Shown: positions 24,087 through 31,999 of the stretch, one piece after another
Layout: each line of letters starts with the position of its first letter
How positions within the stretch are numbered: the first letter of the stretch is position 1
NCBI GenBank assembly: GCA_001786575.1
Contig: MFRW01000010.1
Coordinates: 1 to 51,091 of the forward strand
Length of the DNA: 51,091 nt
Direction of reading: 5' to 3'
From: Candidatus Moranbacteria bacterium RIFCSPHIGHO2_01_FULL_55_24
Lineage (GTDB): Bacteria > Patescibacteriota > Minisyncoccia > Moranbacterales > UBA1568
Translations under genes and position numbers: made by a program
Notes under the pieces: model-generated
What the model was told of the DNA's origin: nothing
The model's input: only the letters and a program-made list of their open reading frames with translations
Databases searched by the model: none

Positions 24087-24165
24087 GTATATTTTGCCGA
24101 AGCCTTTTTTACAAAAGGACGGATAAGAAAACAAAAACTTTCCAAATATGTGGCGGAAAGCTCCT

Positions 24166-24666
24166 CTAAATATGCAGGAATTTCTCCAATGTGTCAACTA
24201 AGCTGGGCTCGTGAGTGTCTTCGGGGACGAATTCCCGGAGCGAGCGGTAGATGGTGTCGCGTTCGCCTTCCGGCAAAGGGACATGGACATGGGAGAGGAG
24301 CGTGCCGTTGACCTTGAGGCTCAAGAGGTTCTCGAAAGGGTATTCCGTGTAGATATGGAAAGACTCGATCGTATTGTAGCGGTAGAAGTCTTTTCCGAGG
24401 ACGGCGCCCTTTGTCGTGAGAGCATAGGTGAGGATGCGCGGCTCCTGGTGCTGGAGCAGGTAGCCGACGACGCCGATTAAGATGAAAGTGATCGCCATGA
24501 GCGGGCTGTTGGTGAGGAGCGCGTAGCCGATAATGACGATCAGGAGCGAGGTCGTGATCATGCGCGAGCGGGGCCCGAGCTCGAAGTCCTCATGCTCCGG
24601 TGCTTGCCACTGGAAGAGTGGCGTGCCTATGCCGCTGAAAGAAGTGTCGGAAGGTTTGGGTTCCAT
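24166..24666 (-). CDS. hypothetical membrane protein (166 aa, two TM segments)
   Basis: Central hydrophobic hairpin ITTSLLIVIIGYALL..LMAITFILIGVVGYLL. No family recognised. Confidence 0.6.
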   Translation of the reverse strand: MEPKPSDTSFSGIGTPLFQWQAPEHEDFELGPRSRMITTSLLIVIIGYALLTNSPLMAITFILIGVVGYLLQHQEPRILTYALTTKGAVLGKDFYRYNTIESFHIYTEYPFENLLSLKVNGTLLSHVHVPLPEGERDTIYRSLREFVPEDTHEPSLVDTLEKFLHI

Positions 24667-24710
24667 AGTATTTTGAGAATATCCATACTATATCATGAAA
24701 TGGCGCGGGG

Positions 24711-24739
24711 TTCACAGATGTTCCTCTGCCTGCTAGTAT
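24711..24739 (+). promoter_or_regulatory. sigma70-type promoter TTCACA-N17-TAGTAT
   Basis: Upstream of the pseudo-Ser / tRNA-Ser(TGA) unit. Confidence 0.55.
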
Positions 24740-24763
24740 GGGTACGTTTTAGAAAAGATATCC

Positions 24764-24812
24764 GGAGGAATGGTCCGCCAGCCGGCGGATTGAAGGCAGC
24801 AGTCTTGAAAAC
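24764..24812 (+). pseudogene. degenerate tRNA-Ser(TGA) 5'-half copy carrying the 16-nt palindrome
   Basis: GGAGGAATGG + TCCGCCAGCCGGCGGA + TTGAAGGCAGCAGTCTTGAAAAC. The flanks are identical to the true tRNA 76 nt downstream. The palindrome replaces the D-loop CCGAGTGG. The copy stops after the anticodon loop. Confidence 0.75.
24774..24789. repeat. 16-nt palindrome TCCGCCAGCCGGCGGA
   Basis: Copy 3 of 3. Confidence 0.9.
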
Positions 24813-24839
24813 GGAGATGCTCTCTAAAGTGAAATATCC

Positions 24840-24926
<87 letters not shown>

Positions 24927-24939
24927 CAAAATGAAACGA

Positions 24940-24959
24940 CTGCCTTCGGGCAGTTTTTT
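24940..24959 (+). terminator. intrinsic terminator after tRNA-Ser
   Basis: CTGCC-TTCG-GGCAG followed by TTTTTT. Confidence 0.8.
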
Positions 24960-24977
24960 CATTGTAGACCGGAACAC

Positions 24978-25006
24978 TTGACTCCCAGTTGAATTTTCAG
25001 TATTAT
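24978..25006 (+). promoter_or_regulatory. sigma70-type promoter TTGACT-N17-TATTAT
   Basis: Upstream of the orphan ORF at 25062. Confidence 0.6.
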
Positions 25007-25061
25007 CCTGGGTCAAGCAAATCTTGATACGAGTTCTTTTCGGCAATGAGGGAGGCCTACT

Positions 25062-25481
25062 ATGACCGATACGACAGAGCTTTCGGAGAAAGCGCTGGAG
25101 CTGATAGAGTTTTATGATTCCCAAGGCTGTCTCGGGGTATCCGAGCTGGTGCGCTGGCTCGATACCGAGGGCAGTACGGTCAATATGCTGGGAACGCCTA
25201 TGTACGGCATCCAGTATGTGCTTGCCGAGTGTACGACTGAAGAAGAACGGCGGCACATCTATAAGGCATACAAGAGACCGCTTTATCTGGGTACTGTGAA
25301 TGGCAGGTATAAGCCGATCGACACCCTGGACTGGATACGCGAACAAGACTTCGCAAGCCTTCCTTTACAGAACAAACGCGATTTCGACGAGTTCTGCCTG
25401 GAAGCGCTGCAATGCTTGAGAGGTGAAGCGCCATTAAGAAACATTGTCGGCCTCGCCTTGATCACAGCCACAGTCGAATGA
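25062..25481 (+). CDS. hypothetical protein (orphan, 139 aa)
   Basis: SD GAGGGAGG upstream, own promoter and a downstream hairpin plus T run. No family recognised. Confidence 0.65.
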   Translation: MTDTTELSEKALELIEFYDSQGCLGVSELVRWLDTEGSTVNMLGTPMYGIQYVLAECTTEEERRHIYKAYKRPLYLGTVNGRYKPIDTLDWIREQDFASLPLQNKRDFDEFCLEALQCLRGEAPLRNIVGLALITATVE

Positions 25482-25553
25482 ACCTTCGGCAGTCAGGAAT
25501 AACTTCTTGGCTGCCTTTTATTTTTCCTTTTTCGGGAGTACAATAGAGTTTCT

Positions 25554-26474
25554 ATGCAAGCGCTTGAAATCAAAAATCTGACGAAAAAGTACCCGACCGG
25601 GGTAGAAGCGCTCAAAGGCGTGAGCCTTTCGGTATCCGAAGGCGACTTCTTCGGACTTCTCGGGCCGAATGGCGCGGGCAAGAGCACGCTGATCGGCATC
25701 GTCACGGGACTCACCAACAAGAGCGGGGGAGAAGTGTCTGTCTTCGGGCATGATATCGAGGCCGAGACGACCCTGGCCAAATCTTCGATCGGCCTGGTGC
25801 CGCAGGAATTCAACTTCAGCATTTTCGAGAAAGTGATCAATATCCTCTTGGGCCAAGCCGGCTACTACGGGATTCCCCGGGATGAGGCTCTGAAGCATGC
25901 CGAGAAATACTTAAAGAAGCTCGGCCTCTGGGAAAAGCGCAATGACCAGGCCCGTACGCTTTCGGGCGGGATGAAGCGGCGCCTCATGATCGCGCGTGCT
26001 CTGGTGCACGAGCCGAAGCTCCTCATCCTAGACGAGCCGACGGCCGGAGTGGACATCGAACTCCGTCGGGGGATGTGGGATTTCCTGCGCGAACTCAATG
26101 CGGAAGGGACGACGATCATCCTGACTACTCATTACTTGGAGGAAGCCGAACAGCTGTGCCGGGAAGTGGCGATCATCAACAAGGGAGAGATCGTCGAACA
26201 TGGCCGGGTGAAAGATCTTCTCGGGAAGCTCCACATGGAAACATTTATCTTCGATCTGGCGAAGCCTCTGGATGAGAAGATGTGGGAGTTGATCCGCAAG
26301 TTCGAAGTGCGGAAGATCGATGAAGAGACGATAGAGGTGGATCTGGCCGAGGGAGAGACGCTGACCGAGATGGTCTTGGCGCTTGCCCGCCTGGGGATCA
26401 ACGTGAAAAGCATGCGTAACAAAGCGAACCGTCTGGAAGAGCTTTTTATCCGCCTGACGAAAAAAGAAGTATGA
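25554..26474 (+). CDS. ABC transporter ATP-binding protein (ABC-2/DrrA-like)
   Basis: Walker A GPNGAGKST, signature LSGGMKRR, Walker B LLILDEPT. Confidence 0.92.
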   Translation: MQALEIKNLTKKYPTGVEALKGVSLSVSEGDFFGLLGPNGAGKSTLIGIVTGLTNKSGGEVSVFGHDIEAETTLAKSSIGLVPQEFNFSIFEKVINILLGQAGYYGIPRDEALKHAEKYLKKLGLWEKRNDQARTLSGGMKRRLMIARALVHEPKLLILDEPTAGVDIELRRGMWDFLRELNAEGTTIILTTHYLEEAEQLCREVAIINKGEIVEHGRVKDLLGKLHMETFIFDLAKPLDEKMWELIRKFEVRKIDEETIEVDLAEGETLTEMVLALARLGINVKSMRNKANRLEELFIRLTKKEV

Positions 26475-27244
26475 CCTGGGAAAAGATGTGGATCGCCTAT
26501 ATGACTATCGTCCGCCTGGAAATAGGCCGCTTTTTCCGTATCTGGACGCAGACGTTCCTGCCGCCGGCGATCACCACCACGCTCTACTACGTGATTTTCG
26601 GAGCGTTCATCGGGAGCCAAGTCGAACCGGTGGGCGATTTCAGCTATATGCAGTTCATCGTGCCGGGACTCGTCATGATGACCGTCATCACGAGTTCCTT
26701 CATGAATGTCGTGAGCTCGTTCTTCGGGTCCAAGTTCCAGAAGCAGCTCGAGGAGCTCTTGGTGTCCCCGGTGTCTCCCTTGATCGTGGTCGCGGGCTAT
26801 GTGACCGGCGGGGTGGTGCGCGGCCTCCTGACCGGCATCCTGGTACTGGCGATCGCGCTTTTCTTCACTCACTTAGCCATCCATAGCGTGTTCATGATCC
26901 TCGTCTTCATCCTCCTGACAAGCATCTTCTTCTCGCTTCTCGGATTGGTGACCGCGATCTTCGCCAAGAATTTCGACGGAGTTTCCATCATCCCGAACTT
27001 CGTCCTGACGCCGCTCACGTATCTCGGCGGCGTCTTCTACTCTATCCATATGCTGCCGGAGTTCTGGCAGAAGGTTTCGCTTCTGAACCCTATCCTCTAC
27101 ATGGTGAACGGCTTCCGTTTCGGGTTCCTGGGCATATCCGATGTGAATATCGCCTTCAGTCTGGCGATGCTTGCGGCGATGAGCCTTGCCGCGCTTCTCT
27201 TCACGCTCTATCTCTTCAAGACCGGCCGCGGCCTGCGGGCTTGA
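26471..27244 (+). CDS. ABC-2 type transporter permease
   Basis: Start overlaps the ATPase stop (ATGA). Six hydrophobic segments. Confidence 0.85.
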   Translation: MTWEKMWIAYMTIVRLEIGRFFRIWTQTFLPPAITTTLYYVIFGAFIGSQVEPVGDFSYMQFIVPGLVMMTVITSSFMNVVSSFFGSKFQKQLEELLVSPVSPLIVVAGYVTGGVVRGLLTGILVLAIALFFTHLAIHSVFMILVFILLTSIFFSLLGLVTAIFAKNFDGVSIIPNFVLTPLTYLGGVFYSIHMLPEFWQKVSLLNPILYMVNGFRFGFLGISDVNIAFSLAMLAAMSLAALLFTLYLFKTGRGLRA

Positions 27245-27263
27245 TCCCCGGGTCTGGAGGGGG

Positions 27264-27291
27264 TTGCAAAAAAGGCTTTTTATGGTAGTAT
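27264..27291 (+). promoter_or_regulatory. sigma70-type promoter TTGCAA-N16-TAGTAT
   Basis: Leaves a ~120-nt 5' UTR before the RRM protein gene. Confidence 0.5.
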
Positions 27292-27420
27292 GGGGGTGAT
27301 GTAAGTTTTCGTTCTGGAGAAACGCTCGCGAAGCTTTGAGTTGCCGCTCAAGCCTCTCGTCTAGTAGGGCCAGGAGTCAGAAGGTCGCCTTACAGAGATA
27401 ATTCAAAAAGAAGGCTTGAT

Positions 27421-27735
27421 ATGGCAACAAAATTGTACGTCGGCGGTGTTTCTTACAACACCACTGATCAAGGTCTCCAGGATGCTTTCGCACAGGCGGG
27501 TAATGTCACCTCTGCGAAAATCGTCATCGATCGGATGACCAACCGTTCTCGCGGTTTCGGCTTTGTCGAAATGGCGTCAGAAGAAGAAGCCCAGAAGGCT
27601 ATCGAACTCTGGAACGGTAAGGAACTCGATGGCCGCACGCTGACTGTGAACGAAGCTCGTCCTATGGAAGAGCGTCCTCGCACTGGCGGTGGTGGTCGTG
27701 ATTTCGGAGGCGACCGCGGCGGTAACCGCTGGTAG
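27421..27735 (+). CDS. RRM-type RNA-binding protein with Gly/Arg-rich tail
   Basis: RNP2 LYVGGV, RNP1 RGFGFVEM, C-terminal GGGGRDFGGDRGGNRW. Confidence 0.92.
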   Translation: MATKLYVGGVSYNTTDQGLQDAFAQAGNVTSAKIVIDRMTNRSRGFGFVEMASEEEAQKAIELWNGKELDGRTLTVNEARPMEERPRTGGGGRDFGGDRGGNRW

Positions 27736-27748
27736 TTTCCAAAAGAAA

Positions 27749-27776
27749 ACAGCTCTCGCAAGAGAGCTGTTTTTTT
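27749..27776 (+). terminator. intrinsic terminator
   Basis: ACAGCTCTC-GCAA-GAGAGCTGT followed by TTTTTT. Confidence 0.85.
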
Positions 27777-27956
27777 GTCGCTCATAATTCCTCTTGACAA
27801 GATCGGGGAAAGAGCCGAAAACGTGGTGTATACTTGAAGTAAGAAATAGCGCAAAGCCATTTCTCAAAGTACTTTCGATGCGAATGACGCGGCTGCGCAA
27901 GCGAGGTCGATGCGGCCCGTCCCAGGGATTATCATTCACTTATAACTTTCAAGTCT

Positions 27957-28325
27957 ATGGACAAAACAATTGTTACCATTCTCGGTGTCGTTTTTTTGGC
28001 TATCGGAGTTTTGGGCTTTGTGAACGACCCGCTTCTTGGTATTTTCGAGGTTGATGCGCTGCACAATATCATCCATATCATTTCCGGCGCTCTGGCGCTC
28101 GTGGCAGTGAGCATGGGTGCGAGTGCCACCCGGCTATTCTGCCGAGTGTTCGGTATCGTGTACGGCTTAGTGGCGGTCCTGGGCTTCCTCATGCCTGGAG
28201 ACATGATCTTAGGTCTGTTCGAAGCCAACCTGGCAGACGACGTGCTGCATCTGGTCTTGGCAGTCATATTCCTGTACTTGGGCTTCGGCCGCGGCCAGTC
28301 CTCGCAGGCACCGATGTCGGTATAG
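27957..28325 (+). CDS. DUF4383-like small membrane protein
   Basis: Four TM segments with a repeated D..H..H motif (VDALHNIIHIISG, ADDVLHLVLAV). Confidence 0.65.
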   Translation: MDKTIVTILGVVFLAIGVLGFVNDPLLGIFEVDALHNIIHIISGALALVAVSMGASATRLFCRVFGIVYGLVAVLGFLMPGDMILGLFEANLADDVLHLVLAVIFLYLGFGRGQSSQAPMSV

Positions 28326-28373
28326 TCCTCTTCCGGAAAGAAAAAACTCCCTCAAATCGAGGGAGTTTTGTTT

Positions 28374-28520
28374 TGGCGGAGAGGGAGGGATTGAACGCGG
28401 ATCCGCCATTAGGCGAATCCTTCTGAGAACCCACGGTTCTCAGCGGCCTAAAGGCCTGCTCTCCTCCAACGGAAAACTCCCGTTTTCCGACCCTTTCCCC
28501 GTTCGAATCCATCCTACAGC
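28374..28520 (-). ncRNA. tRNA-Ser(GCT)-derived hairpin-rich RNA ending in CCA (not a foldable tRNA)
   Basis: The minus strand carries four consecutive perfect hairpins: CGGAAAAC-GGGA-GTTTTCCG, GGCC-TTTA-GGCC, CTGAGAACC-GTG-GGTTCTCAG, GGATTCGCC-TAAT-GGCGGATCC. These are followed by TTCAATCCCTCCCTCTCCGCCA, identical in its last 17 nt (TCCCTCCCTCTCCGCCA) to the tRNA-Ser(GCT) 3' end. A terminator follows at about 28340-28372. Confidence 0.5.
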
Positions 28521-28559
28521 AAAAGCAAAAATGACGCCACGAGGGCGTCATTCTTTACT

Positions 28560-28649
28560 TGGCGGAGAGGGAGGGATTCGAACCCTCGATGAGTTTTACC
28601 CCATGCCACGTTAGCAGTGTGGTGCCTTCAGCCGCTCGGCCACCTCTCC
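28560..28649 (-). tRNA. tRNA-Ser (anticodon GCT) with encoded CCA
   Basis: Acceptor GGAGAGG/CCTCTCC, anticodon loop CTGCTAA, long variable arm, T arm GAGGG-TTCGAAT-CCCTC, then G-CCA. A terminator hairpin ATGACGCC..GGCGTCAT lies downstream. Confidence 0.88.
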
Positions 28650-28695
28650 AATCGCATCTTGTATAGCCTACCAATGATGAGGAAAGAAATCAAGA

Positions 28696-29403
28696 CTACT
28701 TCGCTACGACGATCCCATAAACCCGTTTGGCACCGGCTTTTTTGAGGACTTTGGCACATTCGGTGAGGGTAGTGGCGGTGGTAGCGACATCGTCGACAAG
28801 CCAGAGAGTCTTGCCCCGGATCTGACGCTTGGTGTCCGGGAGCGTCGCGAAAGCGCCGGAAAGATTGGCGAGACGTTCTTCGCGGGAACGGGTTTTCTGC
28901 TGGGGCTTGGTGTGTCGGGTGCGTGTCAGGGTGGGGAGGACCGGAACGATAGCTGCTCCCGGCGTGAGAAGCGGCGCCAAGCGTTCGGCGAGGATTTGTG
29001 ACTGGTTGAATCCGCGGAAACGCAGGCGGCGGGGGTGGAGCGGGACGAAAGAAAGGATGTCCGGGAGCGGGAGCGGCGACTGGAGAAGGGTCCGGGCGAG
29101 CAGTTCCGCGAGCGGAATGCCGGTATCCGGAATGAAACGATATTTGTAAGTGTGGATGAGTTTTCTGACGATCGGGAGCCGATAGTCGGTGGCGGCCAAG
29201 ATGCCGTCGAGCGGGGAATGAGGGGAATCGAAAGGGTCTCTCGCGAGCGGCGCGGGGATGCTCGGGGTGATTTTCCGGAAGCAGGTCTCGCAGAGCCATT
29301 TATCGGGAGCGCCGCATCCGAGGCAAGCGAGTGGGAAAAAAGCGTCCAGAAACATTTTTCGCAGGCGCTCTTTTCGAGAGAGAAGGGTACGTATCAGCGG
29401 CAC
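28696..29403 (-). CDS. comF: ComF family protein (phosphoribosyltransferase domain)
   Basis: N-terminal CLGC..CETC zinc-finger-like motif and PRTase loop LWLVDDVATTATT. Confidence 0.85.
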   Translation of the reverse strand: MPLIRTLLSRKERLRKMFLDAFFPLACLGCGAPDKWLCETCFRKITPSIPAPLARDPFDSPHSPLDGILAATDYRLPIVRKLIHTYKYRFIPDTGIPLAELLARTLLQSPLPLPDILSFVPLHPRRLRFRGFNQSQILAERLAPLLTPGAAIVPVLPTLTRTRHTKPQQKTRSREERLANLSGAFATLPDTKRQIRGKTLWLVDDVATTATTLTECAKVLKKAGAKRVYGIVVAK

Positions 29404-31859
29404 ATGATCGAATCATTGCTTACCTCTAGGCGGAGCTTCTTGGCAGCAGGGCGTTCTATCAGGGCTATCGCTACCGGCTTCTCGACGTGTTCTTCGAGGA
29501 TCTTCCGGACCAGGCGCGCGCCCTGCTCTTTGGAGAAGCTCTTCTCGGCGAGGAAGCGCGGCACGGCCGGGGCGATCGAGAGGGTGATGCCTTTCTCTTT
29601 GAGGCGGGAGACGAAGCGTTTCAGTTCGTTCTTTACGATCTTCTGGACAGCCACTTTGTCGAGCGGTTGGAATATGACGGTGTGGTCGAGGCGCGCCAGG
29701 AGTTCGGGACGCATCTCTTTTTTCAGGTTAGCGAGAACAGACTCGCGCTTCTCGATGAGGTTTTCGAGAGCGCCTTCTTTGGCGAATCCGAAACGGGTGT
29801 CCTTGGTGAAGATTTCCGTCCCGACGTTCGAAGTGAGGACGATCAAGGTGTTCCGGAAGCTCACTTTGCGGCCTTCGGCATCGGTCAATTGTCCCTCATC
29901 GAGGATCTGGAGGAGAATATTGAAGACATCCGGATGTGCCTTCTCGATCTCATCGAAGAGAACGATGGCATAGGGCTTGCGACGGACTTGCTCGGTGAGC
30001 TTGCCGCCTTCGCCATAGCCCACATAGCCGGCCGGTGCGCCGAGGATCTGCGCGACGCTGTGCCGCTCCATGAACTCGCTCATGTCGAGGCGGATGAGCG
30101 CTTTCTGGTCGCCGAAAAATTCCTGGGCGAGGACATTCGCGACTAGGGTTTTTCCGACGCCGGTCGGGCCCAAGAACAGGAAGGAGCCGAGCGGGCGGCG
30201 CGGATCGTGGATATTGCTTAGCGAGCGGAGCAAGACATTCTCGACCGTATCGAGCGCTTCGCTCTGGCCGATGACGTGCCGGGCGAGCGCCTTCCGGAGC
30301 CGCTCCAGCCGCTCTTTCGGGTTTTCGGAACGCAGTTTCTCGAGAGGGATATTCGAGATGCGGGAAAGGGTCACGAGCACTTGCTCGAGAGTGACCACGG
30401 GAATATTCTCTTTCGGAGTATCCGCATGCTCTTTCAGTTTGCCGAGTTTCTTCTCGAGAGCCTTGGCCTGGTTGTGCCACTTGGCGGCCTCATCGTAGGC
30501 TTCTTTCTGGATGAGGGATTCTTTGAGATCGATCACGTGTTTCAATTCCTGCTCCAGCTTGGCGCGGGACCGGTTTTTGGAGGTCGTGGAGCCGGATTGC
30601 TTCGCGAGGGTAGCGGCCTCGTCGATGATGTCGAGAGCCTTGTCGGGAAGGAAGCGGTCGCTTATATGGCGCACGGAAAGGTCGACCACCAGAGAGATGA
30701 GGTTATCCGGAAAGCTGACGCCGTGGAAGGCCTCGTAGGCAGGCTTGGCCGCCCGAAGCATGGCCTTGCTCGTTTCCGGAGACGGTTCCTCGATGAACAC
30801 CGACTGGAAACGGCGCTCAAGGGCCGGGTCTTTCTCGATATGGCGCTTGTATTCGGTAAAGGTGGTGGCGCCGATGCACTGGATGTCGCCGCGCGCGAGC
30901 GCCGGCTTCAGGATGTTGGCCGCATCCAGGCCACCGGAAGTATTGCCGGCACCGACGATAGTGTGGATCTCGTCGATGAAGAGGATGACATCGGGGTGCT
31001 CGGAAGCTTCGCGGATGATGTCCTTCAGGCGCGCTTCGAATTCGCCGCGGAAATTGGTTCCGGCGACTACGAGTGCCAGGTCGAGCGCGAAGATGCGCTT
31101 GCCGAGGAGCTGTTCAGGCACGTCTCCGGAGAGGATCTTCTCCGCGAGCTTCGTGACGAGAGCGGTCTTGCCGACGCCAGGCTCGCCCAAGAGGAGCGGA
31201 TTGCTCTTGTGCTTGCGGAGCAGGATCTGGATGACTCTGCCGAGCTCGGCCTCGCGGCCGAAGAGAATCTGGTTCCGCTGGTGCTTCGGGTGCGAAAGGT
31301 CGATGGCGTATTGGCGGAGCGTGGCGAGGTCTCCGGTGTCGCGCGGCTTGGCCTTGGGGCCGAGGGTCTCCGGCATGTCGAACATCTTGGAGAGTTCGGG
31401 GAAGTGTTCGAAATTCATATGGGATGCCAGGGTCGCTTCGATCTTCTTCTCGTCTATTTCCAGCGTGATGAAGATCTCGTCGAGAATGGGGTGTTCGGAC
31501 TCTATGAGGGCGTAGACCAGGTGTTCGGTACCGACATAGGGGAAGTGGAACTGGTTGGCGATGGCGTACGCACGCTTCATGATCTCCTTGAGAGTATCTG
31601 AAGGCGCGATGGTATCTGTCGCAGGAAGGGTCTTGCCGCGGCTCTTCTTGCGCAGGCAGAGCTTGGCGAGCTTTTCTTTTTCGAAACCCATGCCTTGGAG
31701 GAGGCTGTTTCCCAGGCTTCCGTGTTCCATGAAGATGGCCAGGAGCAGATGCTCGGGCTCGACGGAACGGCTGCGGGTGTAGCGGGCGATATCGCGCGCT
31801 TCCTTCATGCTGTGCCGTGCGTGGAAGGTCAGTTTGTGACTGAAAAGCGTTTCTGACAT
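29394..31859 (-). CDS. clpC: Clp/Hsp100 family AAA+ ATPase (ClpC-like)
   Basis: Clp N-repeats, two Walker A motifs (GEPGVGKT, GPTGVGKT) and a short coiled-coil linker. Start placed at the ATG at 31859, because the upstream in-frame TTG/ATG lie inside a promoter. Confidence 0.88.
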   Translation of the reverse strand: MSETLFSHKLTFHARHSMKEARDIARYTRSRSVEPEHLLLAIFMEHGSLGNSLLQGMGFEKEKLAKLCLRKKSRGKTLPATDTIAPSDTLKEIMKRAYAIANQFHFPYVGTEHLVYALIESEHPILDEIFITLEIDEKKIEATLASHMNFEHFPELSKMFDMPETLGPKAKPRDTGDLATLRQYAIDLSHPKHQRNQILFGREAELGRVIQILLRKHKSNPLLLGEPGVGKTALVTKLAEKILSGDVPEQLLGKRIFALDLALVVAGTNFRGEFEARLKDIIREASEHPDVILFIDEIHTIVGAGNTSGGLDAANILKPALARGDIQCIGATTFTEYKRHIEKDPALERRFQSVFIEEPSPETSKAMLRAAKPAYEAFHGVSFPDNLISLVVDLSVRHISDRFLPDKALDIIDEAATLAKQSGSTTSKNRSRAKLEQELKHVIDLKESLIQKEAYDEAAKWHNQAKALEKKLGKLKEHADTPKENIPVVTLEQVLVTLSRISNIPLEKLRSENPKERLERLRKALARHVIGQSEALDTVENVLLRSLSNIHDPRRPLGSFLFLGPTGVGKTLVANVLAQEFFGDQKALIRLDMSEFMERHSVAQILGAPAGYVGYGEGGKLTEQVRRKPYAIVLFDEIEKAHPDVFNILLQILDEGQLTDAEGRKVSFRNTLIVLTSNVGTEIFTKDTRFGFAKEGALENLIEKRESVLANLKKEMRPELLARLDHTVIFQPLDKVAVQKIVKNELKRFVSRLKEKGITLSIAPAVPRFLAEKSFSKEQGARLVRKILEEHVEKPVAIALIERPAAKKLRLEVSNDSIMCR

Positions 31860-31878
31860 AGGTGAAAGATCATGCTTC

Positions 31879-31907
31879 ATTGTATTTTCCGGAGAGGTTT
31901 CTGTCAA
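31879..31907 (-). promoter_or_regulatory. sigma70 promoter TTGACA-N17-TACAAT
   Basis: Read on the minus strand just upstream of clpC. It leaves only a short leader with no SD. Confidence 0.65.
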
Positions 31908-31999
31908 TTCGGTAAGAAAGGGGAAATAGCCTGTTTCAAAGCTTCCTCCATCGCCGGAATTATGCTATTTTATAGGTATCAAAAAGCAATAGAAAAAAC

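Noticed and set aside
28374-28470. Functional long-variable-arm tRNA (Ser/Leu/Sec) at the hairpin-rich locus
   Set aside because: The acceptor stem is nearly intact. However, the D loop would be 4 nt without GG, no 7-nt anticodon loop can be formed (9-bp stem with a 3-nt loop), and the T stem has no 5' partner.
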